Notes under the pieces: generated by a model
Databases searched by the model: none
Told to the model about the DNA's origin: nothing
The model's input: only the letters and a program-made list of their open reading frames with translations
Assembly: GCA_013239625.1 (NCBI GenBank)
Contig: MU053561.1
Span: forward strand, 5,985,706-6,049,302
Direction: 5' to 3'
From: Lama guanicoe
Lineage: Eukaryota
DNA length: 63,597 nt
Shown: positions 13,480 to 25,110 of the stretch, in pieces
Position numbering within the stretch: position 1 is the first letter of the stretch
How the letters are laid out: the number at the start of each line of letters is the position of its first letter
Program-made: the position numbers and the translations under genes

Positions 13480-14033
13480 GAGTCCCAACATATACCATTC
13501 TAAACTCTGGTTTCTGATGCTGGGACTCTGCAAACCACATTTCTCCATATTCAGTTGGCATCCTGTTAGGTTCTGCCTATAGGCGACACTGAAGAAAGAT
13601 TGGACGGTGGAGGAACACAGAAGCGATCACCTTTCTTTTTATCTATGTTTATCTCTGTTCCTTTTGGTGAGTCTCCAGTGGTGACACTTAGCTCCAGCCT
13701 GCAGTCCTTTTTTCATTCCCAGAGTCAACCTCCTGCTTCCTCTTAGAGGCACCATCAGCAGTGGATGGTGTCTCATCCTCAGAGGGTAGAGCCCCACTTT
13801 CTAAGAGCCCCTCCTCCAAGCTTCTGGGATGTCTATAAAACCCTCCCCTTTTGTCTCCCCACCCTGGAGCATCATAGCTGATTCCTGACTTTTTATCCAG
13901 GGATTAGCTCAGCACTCCCTTTATCTTCTTTCAGCCCTCCAGTGCCTCTGCTACTAACACCCTGTATTAAATCCCCCCTGACTGAAATACTTAGTGTGGC
14001 TTCTGCTTTCCAGACTGGATCCTGACTGATACA
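13480..14033 (+). mobile_element. ERVL-type solo LTR (LTR33/LTR16-like) inside old L1 fragments
   Basis: tgctgggactctgcaaaccacatt...tcctgttaggttctgcc; ends attaaa...cctgactgataca. Confidence 0.6.
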
Positions 14034-14621
14034 GTGTGAATATGCCACAATTTATTTACCCATTCTCCTTTTGATACATGCTGGGACGGTTTCCACTCCT
14101 TTGCTATTTGAACGATACCAAGTACAATTTGTACACGTGTCCTGGTACACAGTTCTAAAGTTTCTCTATGTATATGACTGAGAAGTAAGATGCTAGGGTA
14201 TACAAACAATCCATTTAATAAGATACAGTCATATTGTTTCCAGTTTACATTCCTACCTGTAATGTATACAATATCCTGTTTATTCACATCTCCAAATTCC
14301 ACATATGCCTCCATGAGACATGAGTGTGGAGGGGCCCAGGGCCTGGATGGTGAAAGAGGCTTAGGGCACAGAGGCTGGCACTGAGAGAACCCATATGCCC
14401 ATGGATCCCAGCCCAGCCAGGTAAATTTCTATGTCCATGAGGAAGGTTCACTGGTGCTCTGACCTTTGCACCCAGTTTTTGTGTTGGTCAAGGGCAAATC
14501 ACATATGTTCTCCCTATATGTAAGATAGGGCAACAGGCACTGTTCACTTGTTAAAAATTATGTCATGAGAGCCCTTGAGAAACAGTGCTGCTACACTGAA
14601 CAGATGTTCACTGAACTTTAC

Positions 14622-14662
14622 TTTCCTTTTTTCTTGTCCCTTTCCGGCACTTAAAGCCACTT
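14622..14662 (-). pseudogene. Candidate 41-nt exon (xVALSAGKGQEKRK)
   Basis: Long polypyrimidine acceptor ctttgctttttcattttcttccactttctctaag, donor AAA|gtaaag. Confidence 0.4.
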
Positions 14663-15189
14663 CTTAGAGAAAGTGGAAGAAAATGAAAAAGCAAAGTTCC
14701 AAGCAAATCACAATTCTGATCTCTATCATTATTTTCAGAGCATTCATTAATTGCTTACCAACAAAAAAAGAAAATAGGAGTCTGAGTTTTACTTTGGGCC
14801 CCTTCATGGTGAGAACTAGAGTGAACTGATTTTTCTCAGAACTTTGGGATAATGAGAGGAGAGTGTCTGACTCAGGATTCCCCTCCCTTGCTCACCCCTT
14901 CTACAGGCTTCTCAGAGGAGACAGAGAAAAAGGGGTAGAGAAAACAGACAACCTCAACCAGGACTCCTCAGGGACAGGTCAGCTGGTGTGACCCAGCTCA
15001 GGTAGAGGAACAGGGTACTAATTGTTCATGAGCAGTAATTTCAGAAACATTGCCCTGGATCCACTGTCCAAAAACTACCTTCCTCACCTATCACCCAAGA
15101 GTTCACTATGGGGATTTTATTCACTCAGGTGTTAAAATGTGGTAGGAAGGAATTCATACTAAGCAACTGACAACTTACAAGAGGTGTCC

Positions 15190-15789
15190 AGCCCAGTCTC
15201 CCTCCTAACACAGCAATATGTTTAGCATCTGACCCAGCAAATGGGGCCTTGGCTGGAAGAATGACCATGACAGGGATTTGTTATCTCAAAGAGCAGCCCT
15301 TTTGGTGCCTGGACAGCCTGGACAGCTAGAAGGCTCTTCTCATACTGGTCACTTCCTGCCAGGCAGAGCCACAGAGCAAAGGTCTACCAGGCAGGTGGCA
15401 GGATAGTGCCAGGCCGTGAGGAATACAGGATGGGGCAGACCCTGTCCCAGCCCCTCGGCAGTCCTGAGAACACACACCTGTCCTGCATACAAAGAGCCCA
15501 GTCTCCCTCCTAACACAGCAATATGTTTAGCATCTGACCCAGCAAATGGGGCCTTGGCTGGAAGAATGACCATGACAGGGATTTGTTATCTCAAAGAGCA
15601 GCCCTTTTGGTGCCTGGACGGCTAGAAGGCTCTTCTCATACTGGTCACTTCCCGCCAGGCAGAGCCACAGAGCAAAGGTCTGCCAGGCAGGTGGCAGGAT
15701 AGTGCCAGGCCGTGAGGAATACAGGATGGGGCAGACCCTGTCCCAGCCCCTCGCAGTCCTGAGAACACACACCTGTCCTGCATGCAAAG
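15190..15789. repeat. Tandem duplication, 305-bp + 295-bp units
   Basis: 15190-15494 and 15495-15789 align nearly perfectly; they differ by a 9-bp duplication (cctggacag), a 1-bp indel and a few substitutions. Confidence 0.97.
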
Positions 15790-17469
15790 TGCTGCACTGC
15801 TCCCTGGGTGATGGAGACAAGCACATAGTAGAACAGTCACCTGATAGCCTGGACACTCTGCTCTGTAAGCAGCCTAGTCACCAGCTGGCTCATGTTGGGG
15901 ATTTCCAGGTGCCTTCTAAGGTATTCCTGGCCTGATCCTGGCCTTGTGTCCTCCCTTCCAGCAGCCCAAGCCCCCAAGCTGGGGTGTACTAAGCTGGAGC
16001 TGTGTTGCCTCCTGGGTTTCAGGAGAGGCTGCTGATTGGCTTGGGAATTAGCCAAGTGGGTCTCAAACTTAAGGGTGCAACAGCCAGGAATTGTTGAAGC
16101 ATTGTTTGAGCACCACAAACACTTTCCTGTCCTGCCTGGAGGTGACAGACAGGGGAGACAGGAATAAATGTAAATTCACACACCCAGGAGTCCCCAAAGC
16201 ACCAGGACAGGATTGGGAGAGGGATGGACAGGCCCCCCTGCCCTGCTCTGAGAGGCAGAGAAAGTGGCCTTGGCACTGAGCTTGGAAGGAAGGGTCAGAG
16301 TCCACCAGACAGAGAAGACGGTGGGACGGGCCCCTGGGAAGTTTGCAAAGCAGGAGGGAGACATCCTTGAGCTCCCAGGGCCCACTTCCCTCCACGCCTG
16401 GCACAGGGTCTGGGTGGTAGGTGAGGGTCAAGCTGGCTGTCTTTGGGACGGAGCCCTGAGCAGGAACTCCAGTCCTGGGGACTGGGCCCAGCTGGACCAG
16501 AACCTGCATGACTCGGCTTCCCTGTAGGTCAAATGGAGTTTCCAACTCAAGCTTTTGCAGCCCTGGCAGATGGATGCCCCCCTCTCAACTTGAAAGTGAG
16601 CACACGGAGGTCCAGGGGAGCTGCTTCAGGAGAGCAGAGGGCAGAGCTGAGGACAGAGCTCAGGACTCCTCTCCTGGCCTCTCAGCTGCATAGGGTGCTG
16701 GGGACCCCAGAAGTTTCACTGGCTTCCCAGGGCGGGGGGGAACCGAGAGTTAGAGAATGACGTGGCATCTGGGAGAGCAGGACTTGCCTCACGTGGTGTG
16801 GGCTCTGCTCTCTTCTGGGAGGGGAGCAACAGGCTGTGCTGGGAGAGAGAGGAGCTGGGGCAAACAGGAGGCTGCATTGGCTGGGAAGAAACCCCCTTTC
16901 TGGAGAAATCAAGAAGGGTGCAGATTTACGCTGCATCAGGAGAGATTCAGGCCAGGCCCCAGGAAAGAACATCCAGGCTGAGGGCGGTGAGGATAGAAGG
17001 GCACGGAGCTCTCCGCCAACTTGGCAGTGTCATCTCCTGTTCCCAGGACAGGAAGCGGTGAAGCCAGTTCCCTAATTAGGACCCAGTCAGAGTCAATCAC
17101 GTGGAGGCACAGCCAAGGGGAAAATCAATCAGGGCAGAGGTGAGCTTTCTCCAAGACCTTTCTGGCTTTGGACAGAGGAGAAGATGGCAGGGATGGGAGA
17201 GAAATGTAGTTTTCCAAGCCAAGGCCCAGACCTATTTAAAGGCTTAATATTTTAAAAGGTCTGAGGTTGGGATGAAGACAAAGGAGGACTAAATAATTTA
17301 GGCAAGCAAGTGATGGTGATGCTGCCCGGGTTTGTACCTTGTCAGTCTCAAAGCAGCACCATTGGCCTCCTGGGAGAAGGAACACAGGTGATGATGCTGG
17401 AGGAGACAGAGGAGGGAGTGAGCACCAAGCCAGCCTCTACTGCAGCTTCATGGGCTTGTTTCTCCAGGC

Positions 17470-18510
17470 ATTTGTACTTGTTATCTTCTGCTGTAGAGCA
17501 AAGACCCCTAAGCTCAGTAGCTTAAAACAAGCATTCATATATCATACAGTGTCTAAGGGTCAGAAATTGGGGGAGCTAAGTCACTGAGTTGTTATGGCTC
17601 AGAGTCTCTCACAAAGTTTCAATCAAGTTCTCTTGGGGCTACGGTCACCTGAAGGCTTGACTGGGACTAAAGAATCTGCGTCTAAGACTGACATGGTTAT
17701 GTAATGAGCCTAAGATGGCCCCTCACAGCTGACTGGCACCATTGGCTCAAAAGGCTACTGGTGCCAAATTCAAATTTTTACACACCCAATTTTTTGAAAT
17801 ATATCTTTAGCCATTTTGACCTGCCTGCTTTGTACCCCTCAAGACACTACACCCCACATTGGCCAGCCATTAGGACAATAAACTCTGGTGCTATTGAAGA
17901 TTCCAAGCCACGGCTGCCCCCTGGAGCTCTCCCAGCTCAAGACTCCCAACACGTTGCTAAATAACACCATCGAGACATGAGAGACCCCCTCCATCTCCCT
18001 CTCCCCCAGGAATTTCCTTGCCCTCCTCCTCTTCTGGGTGGTGGCCCCAAGCCATTGATTATGGAAGGTCTCATGCTGTAAAAGGCTTCCTCTGCATGTG
18101 AACCTGTCAAAGCCAAAATAAAGCTCACTGTCTGCTACTGGAAACCTCCTGGTCATCTTTTTCCTTGACCAGCCCCCAAATCCTTCCAACTCACCACACA
18201 TAGCTGTTGGCTAGAGGCCTTAATTCCTCACAAGGGTCTCTCCACAAGGCTGTCTGAGTATTGTCAAGGGCAGCTGGCTTTCCCTCACAGAGAGAAATAT
18301 GAGTGAGTACAGCCATGTGGAATCCACCATGCTGTTTGATGACCTAGTCACACACACACAAAACACACCCTCACTTCTGTTGCATTCTGTTTGTTGGAAG
18401 TGAGTCACTTCTAACAAAATCCAGCCCACACTCCAGTGAAGGGAATGAGGCTCCACCTCTTAAAAAGAGGAGTATCAGAGAATACATGGGCACATTTTAA
18501 AAATCACCAC
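17470..18510. mobile_element. MaLR (MLT1-like) LTR split by an ERV1-like solo LTR at ~17700-18198
   Basis: MLT1-type motifs (cttaaaacaa, cagcccacactccagtgaagggaat) flank a TG...CA-bounded LTR with aataaa at ~18117. Confidence 0.6.
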
Positions 18511-18610
18511 AGCTCTTTCACAAGCATTCTGTCCCAACTCATCTCACCTCCTCTTCCCCAGGGCCCTGTGAGGTAAGCAGGGCAGGTAATAAGGCTGAGG
18601 AAGGCCAAAC

Positions 18611-19181
18611 TGAGACAGGAGGGAAGGGGGCAGGGCACAACCATTACAAGAATGACAGCCATTGAAGATATGATAAAAACTGGTTAAAACCAACAAGGCC
18701 AAGATGGCAGAAGATTCACCTTCCAGTAGACCTTGAGCCTCATTATACACTAATTGTAATTCATTAGCATGCTAACAACACACCCACAGGTTCCATGGCA
18801 GCTCTGAGGCTGACCATAAAAGGCCAAAAAGTGGATGGTGGCCCAATTCCTGGAAATCCCTGCCCTTTCCCCCAAATATCTGGAATGATCCTCCCCTTGT
18901 TAGCATGTGAAATTAAAAACTGCCATAAAATCTAATCACCACTACCTCCCCTGACCCTACTGCCCCACACACACCCTGGGACCTCTCTTGCTTTCTGGGA
19001 CAGCCTACACCCTGTCTATGGAGTGTGCACCTCCCTGAATATATATACTTTCACTCTACTTCAGCTTGCTCTTGAATTCCTTCCTGTGTGAAGCCAAGGA
19101 TCCTCACTTAGCACGGTGCATCCCTGAGACTCGCCAGAGACCTGGGATGTAACCATCCTTTTGCACCCCATTTTCCTGCAA
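18611..19181 (+). mobile_element. ERV1-type solo LTR
   Basis: Starts tgagacaggagggaagggggcagggcacaac; aagatggc motif; U5-like cttgctcttgaattccttcctgtgtgaagccaagga. Confidence 0.7.
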
Positions 19182-19497
19182 CTGAATGACCTGGCTGTGC
19201 TCACATGCCTGGTACGTGAGGCTGGAACCCAGGACCGGAAGAGCCTCCTCTTCCCGTCCAGATTCCTCACACAAGATCCCCTTATCTCTTCATGGTGTGT
19301 CTCACTTTTCACAACTTTTTTTCTTCTCTCTATCATCTTCTGGTCCTCATGACAATCCTGCGAGATACACAACGGATTACCAAACACAGAACAGTCAAAA
19401 GAACCTGGGTTCTGGTCGTGCCTTTGGCACAAATAAGCTGTGTGATCTTAGGAAAGCCCTGTTCCTTCTCTGGACGTCCTTAGCCTTCTCTGTAGGA

Positions 19498-19953
19498 TGT
19501 TAAAAGATTAATGTTCAAAGAGGATACAATGATAATGTTTACTCAGATACAAATACACCCGTGTCAAAAATGAACTCATTAATTAATGAGGAAGCCCTGA
19601 GATATTACAACCAATTCTACAGAAAACTCAAAGAACTAGAAGTTTGTAGCCAGATAAGGAATGCTGAAGTGAATTTATAGTTACAAACAAGAACTGGCAG
19701 AACTGGTCAATATCCATAGGAATCAACTGCACCCATGGTAGAATGGCCACAGTTTGCATTTCTTTAGAAAGGAATTAACTGCTCTCTCAGTTTTTAAACT
19801 TTTACCTCTACAGGCTGTAAAATAGCCTAGTCAGAGACAAACTAGGCAGAAGTTACCAGGATCAATGAGCCATCCAGGGCAGGACTCCCACTGAATTTCG
19901 AAGTCTCACAATTTTTCCTTACACATATAGAAGTTTGGGCATTAATCCCTGAC
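19498..19953. mobile_element. Probable solo LTR (family unassigned)
   Basis: About 455 bp bounded by TGTT...GACA; LTR-like composition only. Confidence 0.3.
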
Positions 19954-20969
19954 AAATTCCCTGGTTGTAAGCCTCCACTAGCTGATAAGAAAATCAAGGC
20001 TCAGCCTGTGGGTGGCAGACTGGGAGCTGTCCCTTCCAGTTGTCCCCACGAGGGTCTACCTCCTGCTTTCCCCTTCCCTCAGCTCAACCCAGGAGCACAA
20101 CAGTGAAGCTCCCTGTCTTCTCAGGACACCAGAGACTCCTGAGGAAACGTGAGTTTTCTGTCTCCTTCTCTTGTCTTGGCCCAGCAGCAGGGCCTTTATC
20201 CATATTGACTTGAACTAGTTGATAAATAGCATATGAGTCAAAACCAACCTAATTAGCAAAGGCACTTATGTTAATAAATGCCTTTCAATCCATACAGGGA
20301 GCTAACACACTCAAAATTAAGAGGGAAGAAAAGCCATTATCTGGAAATGCCTGGGCTCCTACCTGAGCTGAGCCCTGTGAAGTCATTAGGGGTAATTATA
20401 GGCTATTACTTGCTATCATCCCAGCAAGACAACTAGCCCCAAATTACAGTTAACGCCTAGGGCAGCATGTGGCCCCTCTGAGGCAGGGAAGTTAAGGGTA
20501 ACTTTCTAATTCTCTTCCATTCCACTTGTGAGTCCCCCCACCGAGCCCCTCCACTCCATCACTCACATCTCACCCCAACAGATTTGTAATGCCAAGTTTT
20601 CTTTTGTGACCGGGAATTCCAAGAAGCCTCAAAGAGCTTTCCTGATTCTCCACTCAAGTCACTCTGAATTGGCTTCTCCGGTCCTGAGGGAAAGTCGAGG
20701 AGGCCATTGGGCATGAGGTGGGGAGAACGGGTATCTGGGTTGGGAGGGCCAGAGAGGAAAAGCCACAGGCCCAAGGCTACGGAGGCTGGCTGCGGCTGAG
20801 CTACAGAGCAGAGAGAGGCGGCGAGAAGATGGAGAGGGCAGAGGTGCTGAGAGTCTGGGGTGAACATTTGAGGCTTCTACAGATCTCCTTCTAAAGAGGG
20901 CAGAGCAGTGTGTGGGGAGTGGAGTATATGGACAAAGGGTGATTTGCCTTCACCTACCCAATATTTCAA

Positions 20970-21890
20970 TCAAACTCTTTGTGGAAGATTAAATATGGCC
21001 AGAGTCCTTGCTCTTCCTCCCTCAGATATAGATTCTATTTCTGCAGTCTTGGAGTCTGGACTGTTCTTGTGACTTGCTTTGACCAGAAGAGAGTAGCAGA
21101 AGGGATACTGCATGAGTTACAGAGCCTAGGTCTCAAGATGCTTGCAGCTTCTGCTTTCCTTCAGAACACAGCCTGCAGACTGCCAAATAGGGAAGCCATT
21201 CTAGTCTCCTGGAGGGTGAGAGGTGTGGGGACCCACTGGGATCCCCAGAGCGGTAAAGAGAAAATTTTGAGCTACTGAAGATACAGAAAGAAATCTTATC
21301 TCAACTTCCCCTATCTGACCAAAGCAGAGCCCCATGAAAGCACCACTAACTCCTCCTCCCAGGGACTTCCCTGTGAATTCAGCTGCCATGGAGACAGACT
21401 GCTTATTTCCATTAGCATCAAAAAGCCCAGCCCAGGTTAACCTTTCATATTTTCCCATTGAGGCCCTAATAACCCCCTTTTGTTAAGTTGGGATATATGA
21501 CTTCATTATTGGGAGCTCCTGTATATAAGTAAACAAACCTTATCTTTTCTCCTATTAGTCTGTATATTGTCAGTTAATTTGCAGGCCCTCAATTATTGGA
21601 CCTAAGTTAGAGGAAGAAGAGTGTTGCTCCCTGCAGAGGCTCTGAGGAAGAAAACAGAGAAGCCCAACATATAGCCAGCCCCAAGGCTCCAGACCTGTGG
21701 GTGAGGCCGTCTTGGCTCTGCTCGTCCAGCTGAGCCCAGCCAACAGCTGAAGGTATCCACATGAGAGCCCAGGTAAGACCAGCAGAACTGCCCAGTCAAC
21801 CCACAGAATTGTGAGAAATAATAAATATTTTTGTTTTAAAATACTAAGTTTTGGGGTCGCCTGTTACATAGCATTAGCCAACTGATAAAC
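20970..21890 (+). mobile_element. MLT1-type MaLR LTR split by a solo LTR (~21277-21636)
   Basis: gtgacttgctttgaccag and the terminal gtgagaaataataaat...tttaaaatactaagttttgggg...aactgata are MLT1 hallmarks. Confidence 0.65.
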
Positions 21891-21959
21891 ACATGGTTTG
21901 CATTTCCTATACATGCCCTGTGCTTTTCTCACTCTATTTCCTATTCAGAATTCCTCCGT

Positions 21960-22428
21960 CATGGCCCTAACTTCTGACTAAGACTCTTTGCGTGACCAAA
22001 CTTTACTCAGGCTCCTGAACTTTCTCCTAGGCCCATCTGTGCACATTCTTGTAAAATCCAATTTTAGCAAGAATTCTGCTAAGTCAATTCAGGAAGAATC
22101 CCCTACCCTCAATGTCTGCTTGCATTCCTCTTCCTCCACTATCCCTCTGATCACCCTGGCCTGTCTTCAGTAAAAACCCTGTTAGGTCTGTTGAGCCAGA
22201 AGCCCCCTTACCCCTGATGTTTCCTCTCAGTTGTTTTCCATCCACTGCCCCACATCCTGCTCCTTGGCTATAAATTCACTCTTGCCTATGCTGTGTTCAG
22301 AGTTGAGTCCAATCTCTCCCCCACTGTAAATTCCCATTGCAGTGTCCCTATACCTATCACGATGGTCCTTAGTGAAGTCTACCTCACCGGGCTTTAACAA
22401 ACATAACTGAATAATTTTTTCTTTAACA
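21960..22428 (+). mobile_element. ERV1-like solo LTR (MER31/MER34-like)
   Basis: agcaagaattctgctaagtc, tataaa box at ~22269, ends ttctttaaca. Confidence 0.5.
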
Positions 22429-22765
22429 CTTCACATGTTCAATCACACATGTACCTCGAGACCAAGACCAAAGAACCCCACCTCTAAGCAGCAATCCCCA
22501 ATTCCTCAAGTACCTTCTCTCTGCATTCCGCAGCCCTTCATCTCTACCTCCCTTTTCATGTCAATGCCCGTCTTCTGTCTTGTACTGCAGGTATTTATGG
22601 GTTGTCTGATTTCCTTGCTGGATGGTCGACTCCTTGAGGACAGAGTCTCTGTTCATTCATGAGCACCTACCACATGCCAGGTGCTGTTCTAGTCACTGCC
22701 TATACAGCAATGAACAACACAGACAATTCCCTGCCCCCATGGAGTCACATTTTCCTTTGGGAAGA

Positions 22766-23445
22766 TGTGAAACCCAGCAAAGGGCTCATGAGCCTGAGGT
22801 ACAGAAAGCCAAACTATGATAGCAAAAGTTTGCAGCAAAGTAAGGATTTATTGCAGGGTGCCAAGCAAAGGAGTGGGAGACAAGCCTCAGATCCACTTCA
22901 ACTTGCTCTTTGTGTTAGGGGCTTTTTAAAGAGGAATAACAGAGGCTGGGATTAATCACTGTCTTGTGACATTTCTTAATTGTAGTTTCAGGATTCAGGA
23001 TGTCTCTGGTTTACAATTCCCTGGCCAAGCGGTCCATGGCTCAGGGGTCTGTTAGATCATCTTGTATTGCTTGTTTTCTGAGGGGGAGGTAATTAGGTTT
23101 CTTCATTGATTTCCGCTTGGAGGAGGTACTGGGGATTGAACCTGGGACCTCTTGGGTGCTGAGCATGCACTATACCACCTGAGTTACACCCTTCCCCCTC
23201 TGTTAGCTCATCTTGCCCTGGAGAAACAACCTGAGTCTGTACATTAAGATGATATCTATAACAGCAATTTTAGTACATTAACAATGTTATCGACAACAAC
23301 AATTTTAGTCATCTGACTCTGGTTTATGAGTGTTCAGTTAGCACAGGGTTGAGGTCAAGAGGACAAGAAATGGAAAAAAAGTTTTGGATAGAGAGTTTAA
23401 TCAAACTCGGAAATGGAACTTGATTTTAGGGTGACTCAGTTTCAG
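22766..23445 (-). mobile_element. ERV solo LTR containing a SINE insertion
   Basis: TG...CA ends (tgtgaaacc...cagtttca); tttatt (reverse AATAAA) at ~22847. Confidence 0.6.
23065..23198 (-). mobile_element. tRNA-derived SINE (camelid Vic-1-like)
   Basis: Reverse complement has A-box and B-box (GGTTCAATCC); 17-bp TSD tctgttag(a/c)tcatcttg at 23048-23064 and 23199-23215; same family as 43070-43239. Confidence 0.9.
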
Positions 23446-24189
23446 ATAGACAGTAGATACATAAATGAACAAGAAAGAATTAAGTAGAGCCAAGTGCTAC
23501 GCCAAGCATTAAAACAGAGAGAAGTTATTTTGAGTAATTAGGTAGATTCTTAAATGGCATGTTCTGAGGAAGCATCTTTGAGGAGGTGACATTCAACCTG
23601 AAATATGAAAGTCAAAGAAATATCAAGATATAAATTCAGAGTAAGAGTATTCTAGGTAAAGTGAAGAGCCAGAGCAAAGGGATGGATGAAGTGAGGGGAA
23701 TCCAACACCTTACATGTGCACAATGTTATATGGGAAATGCATTTCAATTTAAAAAAGAAAAACAGGCAAGGGAAATCTGGTTGAGAAGGGGGTTGACCCT
23801 GAAGCCAATAAAGCATAAGCTTCCAGGGACCCTCATGGATGCCTCCAAAGCCCAGTACTGCCCCTGAGCTGGAGAATAGGGGAGGACAGAGTTGGGGGAT
23901 GCATCCAGAGAAGAATGCAGGAACCAAACCTCAGAGTACTTTGTGAACAAGAAAAAGCCCAAAGAATTTGAATTTTATGCTAAGTGTAATTAGAATCCAT
24001 CAGAGAACTTATAGCTGAAGTGAGATATAACTAAGTTAAATTTTTCAAATTTGACTCTGGCTGTTTTGTAGAGAATGGATTTGGGAGGCAAGAGTATAAG
24101 CAGGGAGCACTGTTAGGAAAATACTAGGAGAGATGATGGTGGCTTGGACTAGTGGGGAGGCACTGAAAATAACTAAAAGTGTTCAGAAG

Positions 24190-24690
24190 TGAAATGAAAA
24201 CCTATGTCCACACAAAACCTTTTATATGAATATTTATAAGGACTTTATTTGTAACTGCCAAAACTAGAAGGAACCCAAATGCCCTGCAACTGGGAAATGG
24301 ATAACCAAATCATGGTACTTCCATTCAATGGACTACTACTCAGCAATAAAAAGGAACAAATTTCTGATATTTGCAATAACATGGATGAATCTCAAATGGA
24401 TAATGCTAAGTGAAAGTAGCCAGGTTAGAAAGGCTTTATACTTTATGGTTTCATTTATATGATCTCTTTGCAAAGGTAAAACTGTAGGGACAGTAAACAG
24501 ATCAGTAGTTGCCAAGGGCTGGGAATGAGGGGAGGGCTGGCTAAAAGGGGCATGGAGGAAGTTTTTGGATTAACAGAACTTTATTGTGGTATTGGTTACA
24601 CGATTATATACATTTGTCAAACTTGCAGTACTATATCCCCCCAAAGGATAAATTTTTCTGTGTATAAATTATACCTTAATAAAGAAAATG
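24190..24690 (+). mobile_element. Old L1M 3' end fragment
   Basis: tactactcagcaataaaaaggaac...atggatgaatctcaa...atgctaagtgaaa; ends ccttaataaag. Confidence 0.8.
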
Positions 24691-24769
24691 GAAAACTATG
24701 GTCAGGTTTGAGATACAGTTTGAATGTAGAGCAAAAGGACCTGCTGATGGATTGAACAAGGATGGGCGA

Positions 24770-25110
24770 CAACAGTGACTCATCCCACAGCTTGAGGAAA
24801 GTATGTCCACTAGTTTTTTGATATTGTCTCCTTCAAAGGTGGAGCCTAATTTGCCTCTCTTTAGGTTGTGGGCCAAATTTAACAACTTATTTCTGTTGAA
24901 TAGAATGCGGCAGCAGTGATGCTGTGTGACTTTAGAGACTAGGACGTAAAAAGCATAGGTTGCTTCCTTCTTGCTCTCCCTCTGGAATCCCTTACTCTGG
25001 AGAAGCCAGCTGTGACATCATGAAGACATTCAAACAGCCCAGCTCTCTGGAGAGGTCTCATAGCAAGGGGCTGAGGTTTCCTGTCAACAACCAGCACCGA
25101 CTTGCCACGA
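24770..25110 (+). mobile_element. MLT1-type MaLR LTR fragment
   Basis: aatagaatgcggcagcagtgatgctgtgtgacttt...ggagaagccagctg. Confidence 0.6.

Noticed and set aside
14712..14841. Additional minus-strand exon candidates (14793-14841, 14712-14753)
   Set aside because: Spacing to neighbouring candidates (~40-50 nt) is too short for normal introns, so they cannot all be real; kept only as alternatives.
15190..15789. CRISPR-like or VNTR array
   Set aside because: Only two long units with no spacers, and the context is mammalian.
16069..16545. 158-aa minus-strand ORF
   Set aside because: No recognisable domain; overlapping ORFs in many frames are expected in GC-rich DNA.
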